In this document: positions 1 through 8,166 of the stretch, one piece after another
How the letters are laid out: each line of letters begins with the position of its first letter
Numbering within the stretch: position 1 is the first letter of the stretch
IMG/VR virus record: IMGVR_UViG_3300045988_056976
Length of the DNA: 34,360 nucleotides
Direction: 5' to 3' (one strand)
From: a virus
The notes under the pieces: model-generated
The model's database searches: none
Told to the model about the DNA's origin: nothing
What the model saw: the letters and a program-made list of their open reading frames with translations, nothing else
Program-made: the position numbers and the translations under genes

Positions 1-113
1 CCTTCAAGTCATCATTCTCTGCGGAAAAGCAGTTGTGTGTCTCTTGTGCGGAGAGGGTTTGCAGATTTGTGGATGATAGCGCGAAAACACAAATTATGAA
101 GAAGGGGGGGTAG
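1..113 (+). CDS. 3' fragment of the small zinc-ribbon ORF 34129..34332, duplicated by the terminal overlap
   Basis: Same nucleotides as 34220..34332. Reads ...SFKSSFSAEKQLCVSCAERVCRFVDDSAKTQIMKKGG then TAG at 111..113. Confidence 0.8.
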   Translation, partial: FKSSFSAEKQLCVSCAERVCRFVDDSAKTQIMKKGG

Positions 114-141
114 TGAAGGGTGAGTAAGTTTATTATATATC
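1..141. repeat. 141-bp terminal direct repeat identical to 34220..34360 (circular-closure overlap of a complete phage genome)
   Basis: Read directly: bases 1..141 (ccttcaagtcatcattctct...tattatatatc) recur exactly at 34220..34360. It duplicates the 3' end of ORF 34129..34332 and the 5' end of ORF 120..326. Confidence 0.95.
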
Positions 142-326
142 TGAAGTCGGGGCAGTGCTTAGATGTTGTCGCCGATAATATCTCATGCAAATACAGTCAA
201 CTATCGGGCGAACTTCTATCTATTAAGTGGTCTGGCGCAACACAAAATGCTCCGTTATTTATCGACGTCGCGCAGGTCGCTGCCGTTGTTCAACTGTTCG
301 GAGGGAGTGCTGGCAATGACGGATAA
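120..326 (+). CDS. hypothetical small protein (68 aa)
   Basis: ORF track. GTG start preceded by GAAGGG. Lies in a lower-GC segment. No recognisable motif. Confidence 0.5.
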   Translation: MSKFIIYLKSGQCLDVVADNISCKYSQLSGELLSIKWSGATQNAPLFIDVAQVAAVVQLFGGSAGNDG

Positions 327-513
327 GGAACTAATCTCCGTGCTGCGGCGGCTGCGTGTGCAGACCGGAAATTTCGCCTGTCTTGGCTGTGGCTATGAGC
401 ACAACTGCGGCATCCACGGCTGCCGCATCCTCCGCGATACGGCGGACAGGCTCGAACGGCTTACCGGAGATCACGGCAGCCAGAAGGTGATGGAGTACCG
501 TGATGGCAGCTAA
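316..513 (+). CDS. small Cys-rich protein (65 aa, MTDKELISVLRRLRV...)
   Basis: Internal ATG at 316 of track ORF 163..513, overlapping the stop of the preceding ORF. Contains CLGCGYEHNCGIHGC, a zinc-binding-like cluster. Confidence 0.55.
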   Translation: MTDKELISVLRRLRVQTGNFACLGCGYEHNCGIHGCRILRDTADRLERLTGDHGSQKVMEYRDGS

Positions 514-772
514 GGTGAACCCTCGCCGCATCCCACGCACCCAGCGGGACGTGGACGCCGCCTTTGACCGCGGTATTGCCGAGGGACTGAACCGCGGCAT
601 TGAACTGATGCTCTATGTGCTGATCGACAAGCACGACGCGCCCATGGAGGACGTGCAGCAGCTGTCTGGCGAACTGAACCACGCCGCCGAGTGTGTGGCT
701 GGCGGCTATATCACGTGGGCGGACATCCGGCAGATCTTGAAGGAATACGATGTGGAGGTGGAACTGACATGA
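503..772 (+). CDS. hypothetical protein (89 aa)
   Basis: ORF track 500..772. ATG at 503 lies 7 nt after GGAG. Its end overlaps the next start (ATGA). Confidence 0.6.
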   Translation: MAAKVNPRRIPRTQRDVDAAFDRGIAEGLNRGIELMLYVLIDKHDAPMEDVQQLSGELNHAAECVAGGYITWADIRQILKEYDVEVELT

Positions 773-924
773 CGCCCAGCGAACGACCTATTGACGTCAT
801 CCGCGATTATCTGGCAGACCCTGACGTCCAGCTTCCGGCGAAGGTGTACAGCGCGATCCTGCTGGCAGTTGAGCTGGTGGAGGCGAAGGAGCGGGCGGCG
901 GAGCTGATGGAGGAGCTGACGTGA
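769..924 (+). CDS. hypothetical small protein (51 aa, MTPSERPIDVIRDYL...)
   Basis: ATG at 769 overlaps the previous stop (ATGA). Its stop overlaps the GTG start of the next gene, indicating translational coupling. Confidence 0.55.
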   Translation: MTPSERPIDVIRDYLADPDVQLPAKVYSAILLAVELVEAKERAAELMEELT

Positions 925-1655
925 CGGATTCTGACGGCAGACGCTATGTGATCGTCAGGCAGCGCGCCGGCTACATGGTCAAGGCATTTGTTACGGACAA
1001 TTATTCCTACCTTGAGCGGTGCGGCAGGCGGGCGGCGGCAAAACGCTGCCGTCCCGCCTTCAGCCGCACCAGTGTGGACAGGCTGGAGCTGCGCCTCGCA
1101 CTGTTCGGCTTTGACGGCATATTCTACACGCTGACCTTTGACGAGGACAACGTTCCACCGGATTGGGCAGGCGTCAAGAAGGCGTGGGAGCGATTCCTGA
1201 AGCGGCTGAAACGCTGCCGCGGCTCTCCGGTAGACTACTACGTCTACCGCATCGAGGGTCTCCACGGGGAGCACCGCTGGCACCTCCACGTTTTCCTGCG
1301 GCAGCAGGATTTCAGCTTCGCGGAGGTGCAGCAGGCGTGGGACGGTCAAGGCGAGATCTGGGCGGAGACATGGAACCGCGCCCGTGTGCTGGCGACCTCC
1401 GACGTGGACTGCCGCGGATACCGGGGACTGGCGACCTATATCACGAAGGAAGTCCCGGAGGTGGGGCGTCACCCGTGGGGTTGTTCTCGGGCATTGAGCA
1501 AATATATACCGCCGCCCACTGTCACGCCGTCCAGCACCGGCGCGATTCGTCCGCCTCCCGGCGCGGTGCCCATGCTGTCGGAGGAGAAGTCCTGCCCGCG
1601 CCTCGGAAGCTGGGGCGTCTACGGCTACAGCCGCTATCTCTTGCCGGAAAGTTAG
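921..1655 (+). CDS. HUH-superfamily rolling-circle replication initiator-like protein (244 aa)
   Basis: Three ordered motifs are visible in the translation: FYTLTFD (motif 1), HRWHLHVFL (HUH motif 2) and LATYITKE (catalytic Tyr, YxxK motif 3). Confidence 0.7.
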   Translation: MTDSDGRRYVIVRQRAGYMVKAFVTDNYSYLERCGRRAAAKRCRPAFSRTSVDRLELRLALFGFDGIFYTLTFDEDNVPPDWAGVKKAWERFLKRLKRCRGSPVDYYVYRIEGLHGEHRWHLHVFLRQQDFSFAEVQQAWDGQGEIWAETWNRARVLATSDVDCRGYRGLATYITKEVPEVGRHPWGCSRALSKYIPPPTVTPSSTGAIRPPPGAVPMLSEEKSCPRLGSWGVYGYSRYLLPES

Positions 1656-1771
1656 TGCTTTTATTTTAAATCTAAGGTAGATATATATACTATACTCTTG
1701 TAATAGAATTACCACTTATCTTGAAATCTAATGATTATTTACGGACAAAACAGCAAATGAGGTGAAAACGC
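1656..1771. promoter_or_regulatory. AT-rich non-coding island (candidate promoter and/or Rep-associated origin)
   Basis: A ~115-bp AT-rich stretch (ttttattttaaatctaaggtagatatatatactatactcttgtaatagaatt...) sits in otherwise GC-rich DNA. It lies directly 3' of the Rep-like gene and 5' of the KTR gene. Contains weak -35/-10 candidates (tttaaa N17 tactat). Confidence 0.5.
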
Positions 1772-1981
1772 TTGCGAATTACAACGGAATACGGTAAAAT
1801 AGTCCAAAGGAACGATGGCTGGCTGACATGTCCCAGGTGTAACCGGAATCGTCATTTCCTGCGAGTGTTGCCCGGCACGGCTGCTGAAGAGCTGCCGGTG
1901 TACTGCCGGGACTGCAAAACGGAGATCATCCTGCATATCGAGCAAGAGGCCAGAGCGTTGAACGCCGGAGCCCATGAGTAG
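1772..1981 (+). CDS. Cysteine-rich KTR-type zinc-ribbon protein (69 aa)
   Basis: TTG start 7 nt after GAGGTG. Pattern CPRCNRNRH...LPVYCRDCKTEIIL matches the CxxC...KTR...CxxC layout of small KTR-domain proteins of Clostridia mobile elements (recognised by eye). Confidence 0.7.
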   Translation: MRITTEYGKIVQRNDGWLTCPRCNRNRHFLRVLPGTAAEELPVYCRDCKTEIILHIEQEARALNAGAHE

Positions 1982-2027
1982 ACACCACACGTTGGTGCTG
2001 CGTCATGGTCTCCGGCGTTTTTGTTTT
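1961..2027 (+). terminator. long imperfect hairpin plus T-run after the KTR gene
   Basis: AACGCCGGAG (1961..1970) pairs with CTCCGGCGTT (2010..2019). Inner pairs are CCATGA/TCATGG and CACCA/TGGTG. Followed by TTTTGTTTT. Confidence 0.55.
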
Positions 2028-2083
2028 GCCGCGAGGTGATAGCCGCGAGCCGGAACGCCGGAGCCAGAGACGGGAGGGGGCGC

Positions 2084-2431
2084 ATGGGTATTTCAGCAGG
2101 CAGGCTCGCGGAGCTGCGCGGGCTTCTTGAGGCGGGAGCGGAGCACGAGTTCTACTCCTGGCCGGAGTGGCGTCGGCTGCGCCGGGAGGTGCTGACGGTG
2201 GACAACTGCGAGTGCCAGGAGTGCAAGCGGCGCGGCGTGTACTCCAAAGCCAGCATTGTCCACCACATCCGCCACCTGCGGGATCGTCCTGACCTGGCAC
2301 TGTCAGTCTACGATGGCGATTCCCGGCAGCTGGAGGCTGTCTGCAAGCGTTGTCACGAGGAGCTGCATCCGGATAGCCAGCGGCAATACGCGCCGTCTGC
2401 GCCGCCGCTGACGCCGGAGCGGTGGGATTGA
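2084..2431 (+). CDS. HNH endonuclease (packaging-associated)
   Basis: ATG at 2084 follows GGGAGGGGG. Motifs CECQECKRRG...VHHIRHL...AVCKRCHEELH are typical HNH. It sits immediately upstream of terS/terL. Confidence 0.85.
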   Translation: MGISAGRLAELRGLLEAGAEHEFYSWPEWRRLRREVLTVDNCECQECKRRGVYSKASIVHHIRHLRDRPDLALSVYDGDSRQLEAVCKRCHEELHPDSQRQYAPSAPPLTPERWD

Positions 2432-2697
2432 CCCCCCCCCTCGGAAAAACGCCCCTTGCGCCCTCGTTGCTACTCGCGGGGGTGGTTTCCATTCCCGAGA
2501 TTCTCGCATCTGCGCGTCGCCGCGCTGCGCGTGGGCGCGAGGATCGCCGGGCAATTTCAGAATAAACTGCGGTTTTGCGGGGCGGGCAGCTCCGGAAGTA
2601 CTCTTTTCCTTTTCCCACGGTTCGGGCGGCATGTCCGCCCGTCCCGCAAAGCCGCAGACGTCGGTGCCCGAATCGGGCACAGGAGGAGGTGCTGAGT
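2432..2697. other. non-coding region between HNH and terS; candidate cos region
   Basis: 266 bp without a credible ORF. Contains a C9 run (2432..2440), the GGGCGGcatgtCCGCCC hairpin (~2624..2640) and palindrome copy 1. Placement between HNH and terS is typical for cos phages of this packaging type. Confidence 0.4.
2664..2680. repeat. 17-bp palindrome GTGCCCGAATCGGGCAC, copy 1
   Basis: Exact match read in the sequence. The terS RBS AGGAGGAGG follows immediately. Confidence 0.9.
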
Positions 2698-3039
2698 GTG
2701 GCAGAGGAAAAGCGTCCGAACTACGAGCGGCGAAAGGACTACCGCGAGCTCCGGCAGTCGATGCTACAGAACCTGATCGAAAGGGATCTCGACGGGGATG
2801 TGTACCGGGACAAGGTGCAGGAGTATATGGACTTCTGGGTGCGGCGGCAGGAGCTGCGGGACGACATCGCCCGGCGCGGACTGACCGTCACGGATGACCG
2901 GGGGCGGCTGATGGAGAACCGCAGCGTGTCGCTGGAGATTCAGGTCTCCCGTCAGATGCTGGCGATCTTCACCACGCTGGGCTTTAAGGAGGACGCTCTG
3001 GCGGCTGCCGCCCGGGGCGATGATGACGATGAGCTGTGA
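2698..3039 (+). CDS. terS: terminase small subunit (P27-family-like)
   Basis: GTG at 2698 lies 8-11 nt after AGGAGGAGG. The ~113 aa protein (VAEEKRPNYERRKDYRELRQSML...YMDFWVRRQELRDDIARRGL) resembles P27-type TerS. Sits directly before terL. Confidence 0.75.
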   Translation: MAEEKRPNYERRKDYRELRQSMLQNLIERDLDGDVYRDKVQEYMDFWVRRQELRDDIARRGLTVTDDRGRLMENRSVSLEIQVSRQMLAIFTTLGFKEDALAAAARGDDDDEL

Positions 3040-4705
3040 GATCCCCGGGGAAGTTCTGCGCTATATCGAGATCGTCGAGTCCAACAATCCCCGCGCCTGT
3101 CCTGAGCAGCACGCACTGGTGGCGATGATCCGCCGCGTGTTCGACACGGAGGACATCTATGTGGATACGGAGCAGCTGCGCCGGTACCTGAGCCTGCTGC
3201 GCTACTTCCCTTATGAGCGGCTGTTCCCGTGGGAGGAATTCCTCCTCGCGCTGTGGGACTGCACCTATCGCGCCGACGGGCGTCCGCGGTGGAAAAAGCT
3301 GCTCTGCATGGTGGGGCGCGGTGCAGGCAAGGACGGCTTCATCGCCTTTGATGGCGCGTGCTCCATATCCCCCTACAACCCCGTGAAGAACTACAACGTG
3401 GACGTGTGCGCCAACAACGAGGAGCAAGCGGTCACGCCGGTGAAGGATCTTTCCGAAGTCCTCGAATCCCCCAAGTGGGAGTCGAAGCTCAACCGGCACT
3501 ATTACCACACCAAGGAGATGGTGCAGGGCCGGAAGAACAAGGGCGTGATGAAGGGGCGCACCAACAACCCGAAGGGGCGGGACGGTATGCGCTCCGGCAA
3601 GGTCGTCTTTAACGAAGTCCACGCCTTTGAGAACTACAACAACTACAAGGTTTTCGTCACCGGCTTGGGAAAGGTCGGGCAGTCGCGCATCGGTATGTTC
3701 ACATCCAACGGCGACGTGTCTGATGGCCCGCTGGACGACTTCATAGCCCAGGGGCGGCGGATCCTCTTCGAGAACGAGGCGGAGCCGGAGGGCGGCTATC
3801 TCCCGTTCATCTGCTGCCTTGAGAACCGGGAGCAGGTCAACGACCCGGAGAACTGGTTCATGGCGAATCCGTCGCTATCCTATGTCCCCCACCTGCGGCA
3901 AGAGATCGAGGAGGAATATGCGGACTGGCTGGTCAACCCGGAGCAGAACGGAGACTTCTTGACAAAGCGGATGGGGATCCGCGCCGGCCAGCTGGAGATC
4001 AGCGTGACGGACTATGCCAAGGTCAAGGCGACCAACCGGCCGCTGCCGGATCTCCGCGGGAAGTCCTGCGTGGCCGGCATCGACTACGCGGAGATCAACG
4101 ACTGGGCGAGCGTCAATCTGCACTTCCGTGTGGGTGCGCAGCGGTTTGACATCAGCCATTCGTGGGTCTGCCTGCAGAGCCGGTCTCTCTCGCGCATCGT
4201 CGCCCCGTGGCGAGCATGGGCGGAGGCGGGAAGGCTGACGGTGGTGGACGATGTGAGCATCGACCCCAACCTCCTGGCGGACTACCTGAAGGAGATGGGC
4301 TTGAAGTACAACATCGTCAAGCTGGCGATGGATCACTTCCGCTGGACGCTGGTGAGCGACGCCATGCGGCGCATCGGCTTTGACGCCAGGGACAGGAACC
4401 GCGTGAAGCTGGTTCGACCCAGCGACATCATGCAGGTTGACCCGGTGATTCAGGAGTGCTTTGACCGCGACCAGTTCACATGGGGCGACAACCCGCCCCT
4501 GCGCTGGGCGGTGAACAATACCAAGCGAGTACGCAGCGGCCAACGTGCCGGTACGAATACAGGAAATTTCTATTACGCCAAGATCGAACCGAAGAGCCGG
4601 AAGACAGACCCGTTCATGGCTCTGGTGGCATCTATGACCGAGGAGGCGGTGCTTGGCACCGGCGAGCCGGTGAAGCTGCCGCCCATCGGTGCGATCCGGC
4701 TATAG
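3020..4705 (+). CDS. terL: terminase large subunit
   Basis: 561 aa with a Walker A-like GRGAGKDG and the overall Terminase_1-like layout. Sits between terS and portal. The exact start (3020, 3023 or 3029) is uncertain. Confidence 0.9.
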   Translation: MMTMSCEIPGEVLRYIEIVESNNPRACPEQHALVAMIRRVFDTEDIYVDTEQLRRYLSLLRYFPYERLFPWEEFLLALWDCTYRADGRPRWKKLLCMVGRGAGKDGFIAFDGACSISPYNPVKNYNVDVCANNEEQAVTPVKDLSEVLESPKWESKLNRHYYHTKEMVQGRKNKGVMKGRTNNPKGRDGMRSGKVVFNEVHAFENYNNYKVFVTGLGKVGQSRIGMFTSNGDVSDGPLDDFIAQGRRILFENEAEPEGGYLPFICCLENREQVNDPENWFMANPSLSYVPHLRQEIEEEYADWLVNPEQNGDFLTKRMGIRAGQLEISVTDYAKVKATNRPLPDLRGKSCVAGIDYAEINDWASVNLHFRVGAQRFDISHSWVCLQSRSLSRIVAPWRAWAEAGRLTVVDDVSIDPNLLADYLKEMGLKYNIVKLAMDHFRWTLVSDAMRRIGFDARDRNRVKLVRPSDIMQVDPVIQECFDRDQFTWGDNPPLRWAVNNTKRVRSGQRAGTNTGNFYYAKIEPKSRKTDPFMALVASMTEEAVLGTGEPVKLPPIGAIRL

Positions 4706-4715
4706 GAGGTGGGCA

Positions 4716-5900
4716 ATGGCACTTAATTTTTGGAAGTGGCTCGCCGGAGGCAAGGCTCGTTCTCCCACCACGGCGGAGATCACGTGCCGCGATCTTCTGG
4801 CAGCGGCGCAGGAATTCCAGCTGCGGGACACCTGCTTCTGGATCTGCGCGAACATGATCGCCAACGCCGTCGGGCGTTGCGAATTCCGGACGTTCCGGGA
4901 TGGCAGGGAAGTTCGAGAGCGCGAACACTATCTCTGGAATGTGGAGCCGAACGCGAACCAGAACTCCACGGCGTTCCTGCACAAGCTGGTGGCGAAGCTG
5001 CTGGTGGACAACGAGGTGTTGGTCATCAGCACCCGGCAGCGGGAGGGCTATGACGCGTTGGTCGTGGCGGACAGCTATATGACCGGCGGCAGCTACCCCA
5101 GCAAGCAAAACGAGTACACAAACGTGCAGGTGGGCGACGTGTCCTACGAGAAGACCTTCCGCGAGCGGGAAGTCCTGCATCTTACGCTGAACCACGTGAA
5201 CATCAAGCCGGTGCTGGATGGCCTGTACGGCTCTTATGTTCGGCTCATCAATGCCGCCATGCGGCGGTATGCGTGGGACAAGGGGCAGCACTGGAAAGTC
5301 CACGTGAGTCAGCTGGCCTCCGGCGCGGATGACTTCACGCAGAAGTTCTCGCAGATGATTGAGGAGCAGGTGAAAACCTTCCTCGACTCTGATGGAGCAG
5401 TCTTGCCGGAGTTTGAAGGCTACGCCTATACGAACGAGGGCGGCAAGGCTGCCGTAGAGCTGTCGGACATCCAAAGCCAGATGAAGGACATCTTCGCGTT
5501 TACGGCGAAGGCGTTCCAGATCCCGGCGGTGCTGGTGGATGGCAGTATCCAAGGCACGGAGGACGCGCAGGGCAGATTCCTGACCGGCTGCATCGATCCC
5601 ATCTGCGATCAGCTGCAGGAGGAGATCAACCGCAAACGGTACGGCTACGACCGGATCCAGCGCGGCGACTATCTCCGCATTGACACCAGCAGCATCCGCC
5701 ACTTCGATATGTTCGCCAACGCGGCGAATGTGGAGAAGCTGGTAGGCTCCGGCGTGTTCTCCATCAACGAGGTCTTGCGGGCGGCGGGTCTGCCCGCCAT
5801 TCCGGAGGACTGGGCGGACAAGCACTATCTCACAAAGAATATTGCAACGCTGGGCGCGGAGACCTCCGTGCTCGGCGGCGCGGAAGGAGGAAACGCATGA
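4716..5900 (+). CDS. portal protein (HK97-family-like)
   Basis: ATG at 4716 lies 6 nt after AGGAGG. 394 aa, positioned between TerL and the prohead protease. Confidence 0.9.
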   Translation: MALNFWKWLAGGKARSPTTAEITCRDLLAAAQEFQLRDTCFWICANMIANAVGRCEFRTFRDGREVREREHYLWNVEPNANQNSTAFLHKLVAKLLVDNEVLVISTRQREGYDALVVADSYMTGGSYPSKQNEYTNVQVGDVSYEKTFREREVLHLTLNHVNIKPVLDGLYGSYVRLINAAMRRYAWDKGQHWKVHVSQLASGADDFTQKFSQMIEEQVKTFLDSDGAVLPEFEGYAYTNEGGKAAVELSDIQSQMKDIFAFTAKAFQIPAVLVDGSIQGTEDAQGRFLTGCIDPICDQLQEEINRKRYGYDRIQRGDYLRIDTSSIRHFDMFANAANVEKLVGSGVFSINEVLRAAGLPAIPEDWADKHYLTKNIATLGAETSVLGGAEGGNA

Positions 5901-6667
5901 AGAAACCCCTTTGGGAAATCAAGCAGGCCGCGGAGGGCGTCCTGCAGCTCTACATCTACGGTGACGTAGAAGGCGAGGAGTTCGATTGGGAGAACTGGCG
6001 GTATGTCCAGAGCGACAACAGCGCGGAGCACTTTCGCGAAGAGCTGGCGAAGCATCCCGATGTGTCGCGCATCGAGATCTACATCAACAGCTACGGTGGC
6101 AGCGTCTTTGAAGGCACGGCGATCTACAACCAGCTGAAGCGTCATCCGGCGCGGAAGGTGGTGCACGTGGACGGCTTCGCCTGCTCCATCGCCTCCGTGA
6201 TCGCCATGGCGGGCGACGAGGTGATCATGCCGCGTAACACCCTGATGATGATCCACAACATGTGGATGTGCGCCTGCGGCAATGCCGCGGAGCTGCGGAA
6301 GGCGGCGGATGATCTTGATGTCATCAATGCCGCGGGGCGGCAGGCGTATCTGCAGAAGGCCGGCGACAAGCTGACGGAGGGGCGTCTGTCGGAGATGATG
6401 GACGCGGAAACGTGGCTGACCGCTGAGCAGTGTGTTGAGCTCGGTCTCGCGGATCGCCTTGCCGACACCGACGCTGACATGAGCGGCGCGTCCACCATCC
6501 TGCAGAAGATGAACGCCGGCATGGAGCAGCATCTCCGGTATCAGAAGTCGCTGGCGGCGCAGCTCCGCGACCTGGCAGCGGAACCCTCGGTGCCTGCGCC
6601 CAACAAGGATCCCCAGGGCGGCGGAAGCCCTGAAAAAATCAACAAAGTTCTCGGACTGTTTTCTTGA
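5897..6667 (+). CDS. ClpP-like prohead (head maturation) serine protease
   Basis: IYINSYGGSVFEGTAIYNQL...GFACSIASVIAMAGDEVIMP...MMIHN is the ClpP/S14 signature. ATGA overlap with the portal gene. Confidence 0.9.
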   Translation: MKKPLWEIKQAAEGVLQLYIYGDVEGEEFDWENWRYVQSDNSAEHFREELAKHPDVSRIEIYINSYGGSVFEGTAIYNQLKRHPARKVVHVDGFACSIASVIAMAGDEVIMPRNTLMMIHNMWMCACGNAAELRKAADDLDVINAAGRQAYLQKAGDKLTEGRLSEMMDAETWLTAEQCVELGLADRLADTDADMSGASTILQKMNAGMEQHLRYQKSLAAQLRDLAAEPSVPAPNKDPQGGGSPEKINKVLGLFS

Positions 6668-6688
6668 GAACCGAAAGGAGAAAAAAGA

Positions 6689-8164
6689 ATGAAAAACAAT
6701 GACATTCGTACCCGCGAGGAGCTGCGGCAGGCTCTCCAGCAGGCTGCCGTCTCCGGCGACACCGGCGCGTTCTCTTCCGTTCTGGACGAGATGATGCAGC
6801 GCATCGGTCTGGACATTCAGGCCGAGTACGAGCAGCGATTTGACGATCTGCGGCAGGAGGTCGATTCCCGCATCCTTGCACAGCGGGGCGTCCACCAGCT
6901 GACCAGCGAGGAGCGCAGCTATTACCAGAAGCTGGCCGCAGCCATGCTCTCTCCCGACCCTCGGCAGGCAGTCACCGGTCTGGACGAGACGCTGCCCAAG
7001 ACGGTGATTGACTCCGTCTTTGATGAGCTGCAGACGGCGCATCCCCTGCTGAGCCGCATCAACTTCCGCGCTACCGGCGGTGCGGTCGAGATCATGGTGA
7101 ACACCAACGGCTACGAGGAGGCCGTGTGGGGCGAGCTGTGCGACGACATCGTCAAGGAGCTGACCGCTGGCATTAAGAAGATCCCCACCACGCTGCTGAA
7201 GCTGTCCGCCTTCCTGCCTGTCTGTAAGGCGATGCTGGAGCTGGGCGCGGAGTGGCTGGATAACTTCATCCGTCAGACGCTCTATGAGGCTCTGAGCAAT
7301 GGTCTTGAGGCGGGTATCGTCGCCGGCGACGGCAACAAGAAGCCTATCGGCATGATCCGTCAGGTGGGCGACGGCGTCACCGTCACCGGTGGCGCATACC
7401 CCGAGAAGGCTGCCGTCAAGGTGGATGATCTGTCCCCCCACACTGTGGGCAATCTTCTGTCCATCGTGGCAGCCGATCCTAACGGCAAGCCTCGCCGTGT
7501 TCGTGATGTGATCCTGCTGGTCAACTCCCAGGACTATCTGCAGAAGGTCATGCCCGCCACCACGCTGATGGCTCCGGACGGCACTTACCGGAACGACGTC
7601 CTGCCCTATCCCATGGACATCATCCAGACCCACGCGCTGCCCCGCGGCAAGGCTGTCATCGGCATCGCCTATCGCTATCTGGCGATGGCGGGCACCTCCC
7701 CCGAGGGGCGCATCGAGTACAGCGACCACTACCGCTTCCTGGAGGACGAGCGCGTCTATCTGATCAAGGCGTATGCCAACGGTATGCCGCTGGACAACAA
7801 CGCCTTCCTGGTGCTGGACATCTCCGGTCTGACGCCTGCCACCTACAAGGTGACGCAGGTGGATCCTCCCGCAGCGTCTACCGACGCCACGCTGACCGCT
7901 CTGACTGTGGGCGATCTGGCTCTGACCCCCGCGTTCGCGTCCGGCACGCTGACCTACACCGCGACCACTGCCAGCGCGTCTGATGTGGTAACCGCCGTGC
8001 CCGGCAACGCTGCGGCTGCCATGAAGCTGACCGTGAACGGCACCGAGATCGACAACGGCACCGCCGCTACGTGGAAGACCGGCAGCAACACCCTGCAGGT
8101 CGCTGTGACTGCCGCTGACGGCACCACCACCAAGACCTACAAGGTCACCGTCACCAAGTCTTAA
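6689..8164 (+). CDS. major capsid protein, HK97 fold family, with a C-terminal cadherin-like beta-sandwich extension
   Basis: 491 aa following the protease. The last ~100 aa (DATLTALTVGDLALTPAFASGTLTYTATTAS...NTLQVAVTAADGTTTKTYKVTVTKS) match the cadherin-like beta-sandwich repeat pattern. Confidence 0.9.
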   Translation: MKNNDIRTREELRQALQQAAVSGDTGAFSSVLDEMMQRIGLDIQAEYEQRFDDLRQEVDSRILAQRGVHQLTSEERSYYQKLAAAMLSPDPRQAVTGLDETLPKTVIDSVFDELQTAHPLLSRINFRATGGAVEIMVNTNGYEEAVWGELCDDIVKELTAGIKKIPTTLLKLSAFLPVCKAMLELGAEWLDNFIRQTLYEALSNGLEAGIVAGDGNKKPIGMIRQVGDGVTVTGGAYPEKAAVKVDDLSPHTVGNLLSIVAADPNGKPRRVRDVILLVNSQDYLQKVMPATTLMAPDGTYRNDVLPYPMDIIQTHALPRGKAVIGIAYRYLAMAGTSPEGRIEYSDHYRFLEDERVYLIKAYANGMPLDNNAFLVLDISGLTPATYKVTQVDPPAASTDATLTALTVGDLALTPAFASGTLTYTATTASASDVVTAVPGNAAAAMKLTVNGTEIDNGTAATWKTGSNTLQVAVTAADGTTTKTYKVTVTKS

Positions 8165-8166
8165 CG

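Noticed and set aside
807-1715. 302-aa minus-strand ORF
   Set aside because: Antisense to the HUH Rep-like gene and the small upstream ORFs. Low-complexity Arg/Ala composition marks it as a shadow ORF.
2456-2697. Upstream extensions of the terS ORF and ORFs 2456..2695 and 2631..2897
   Set aside because: Arg/Pro-rich low-complexity translations with no RBS. The real terS start is placed at GTG 2698, right after AGGAGGAGG.
5825-7729. 634-aa ORF on the minus strand
   Set aside because: It lies entirely antisense to the well-supported protease and capsid genes. It has Arg/Gly/Leu/His-rich composition and no RBS, which is typical of shadow ORFs in GC-rich coding DNA.
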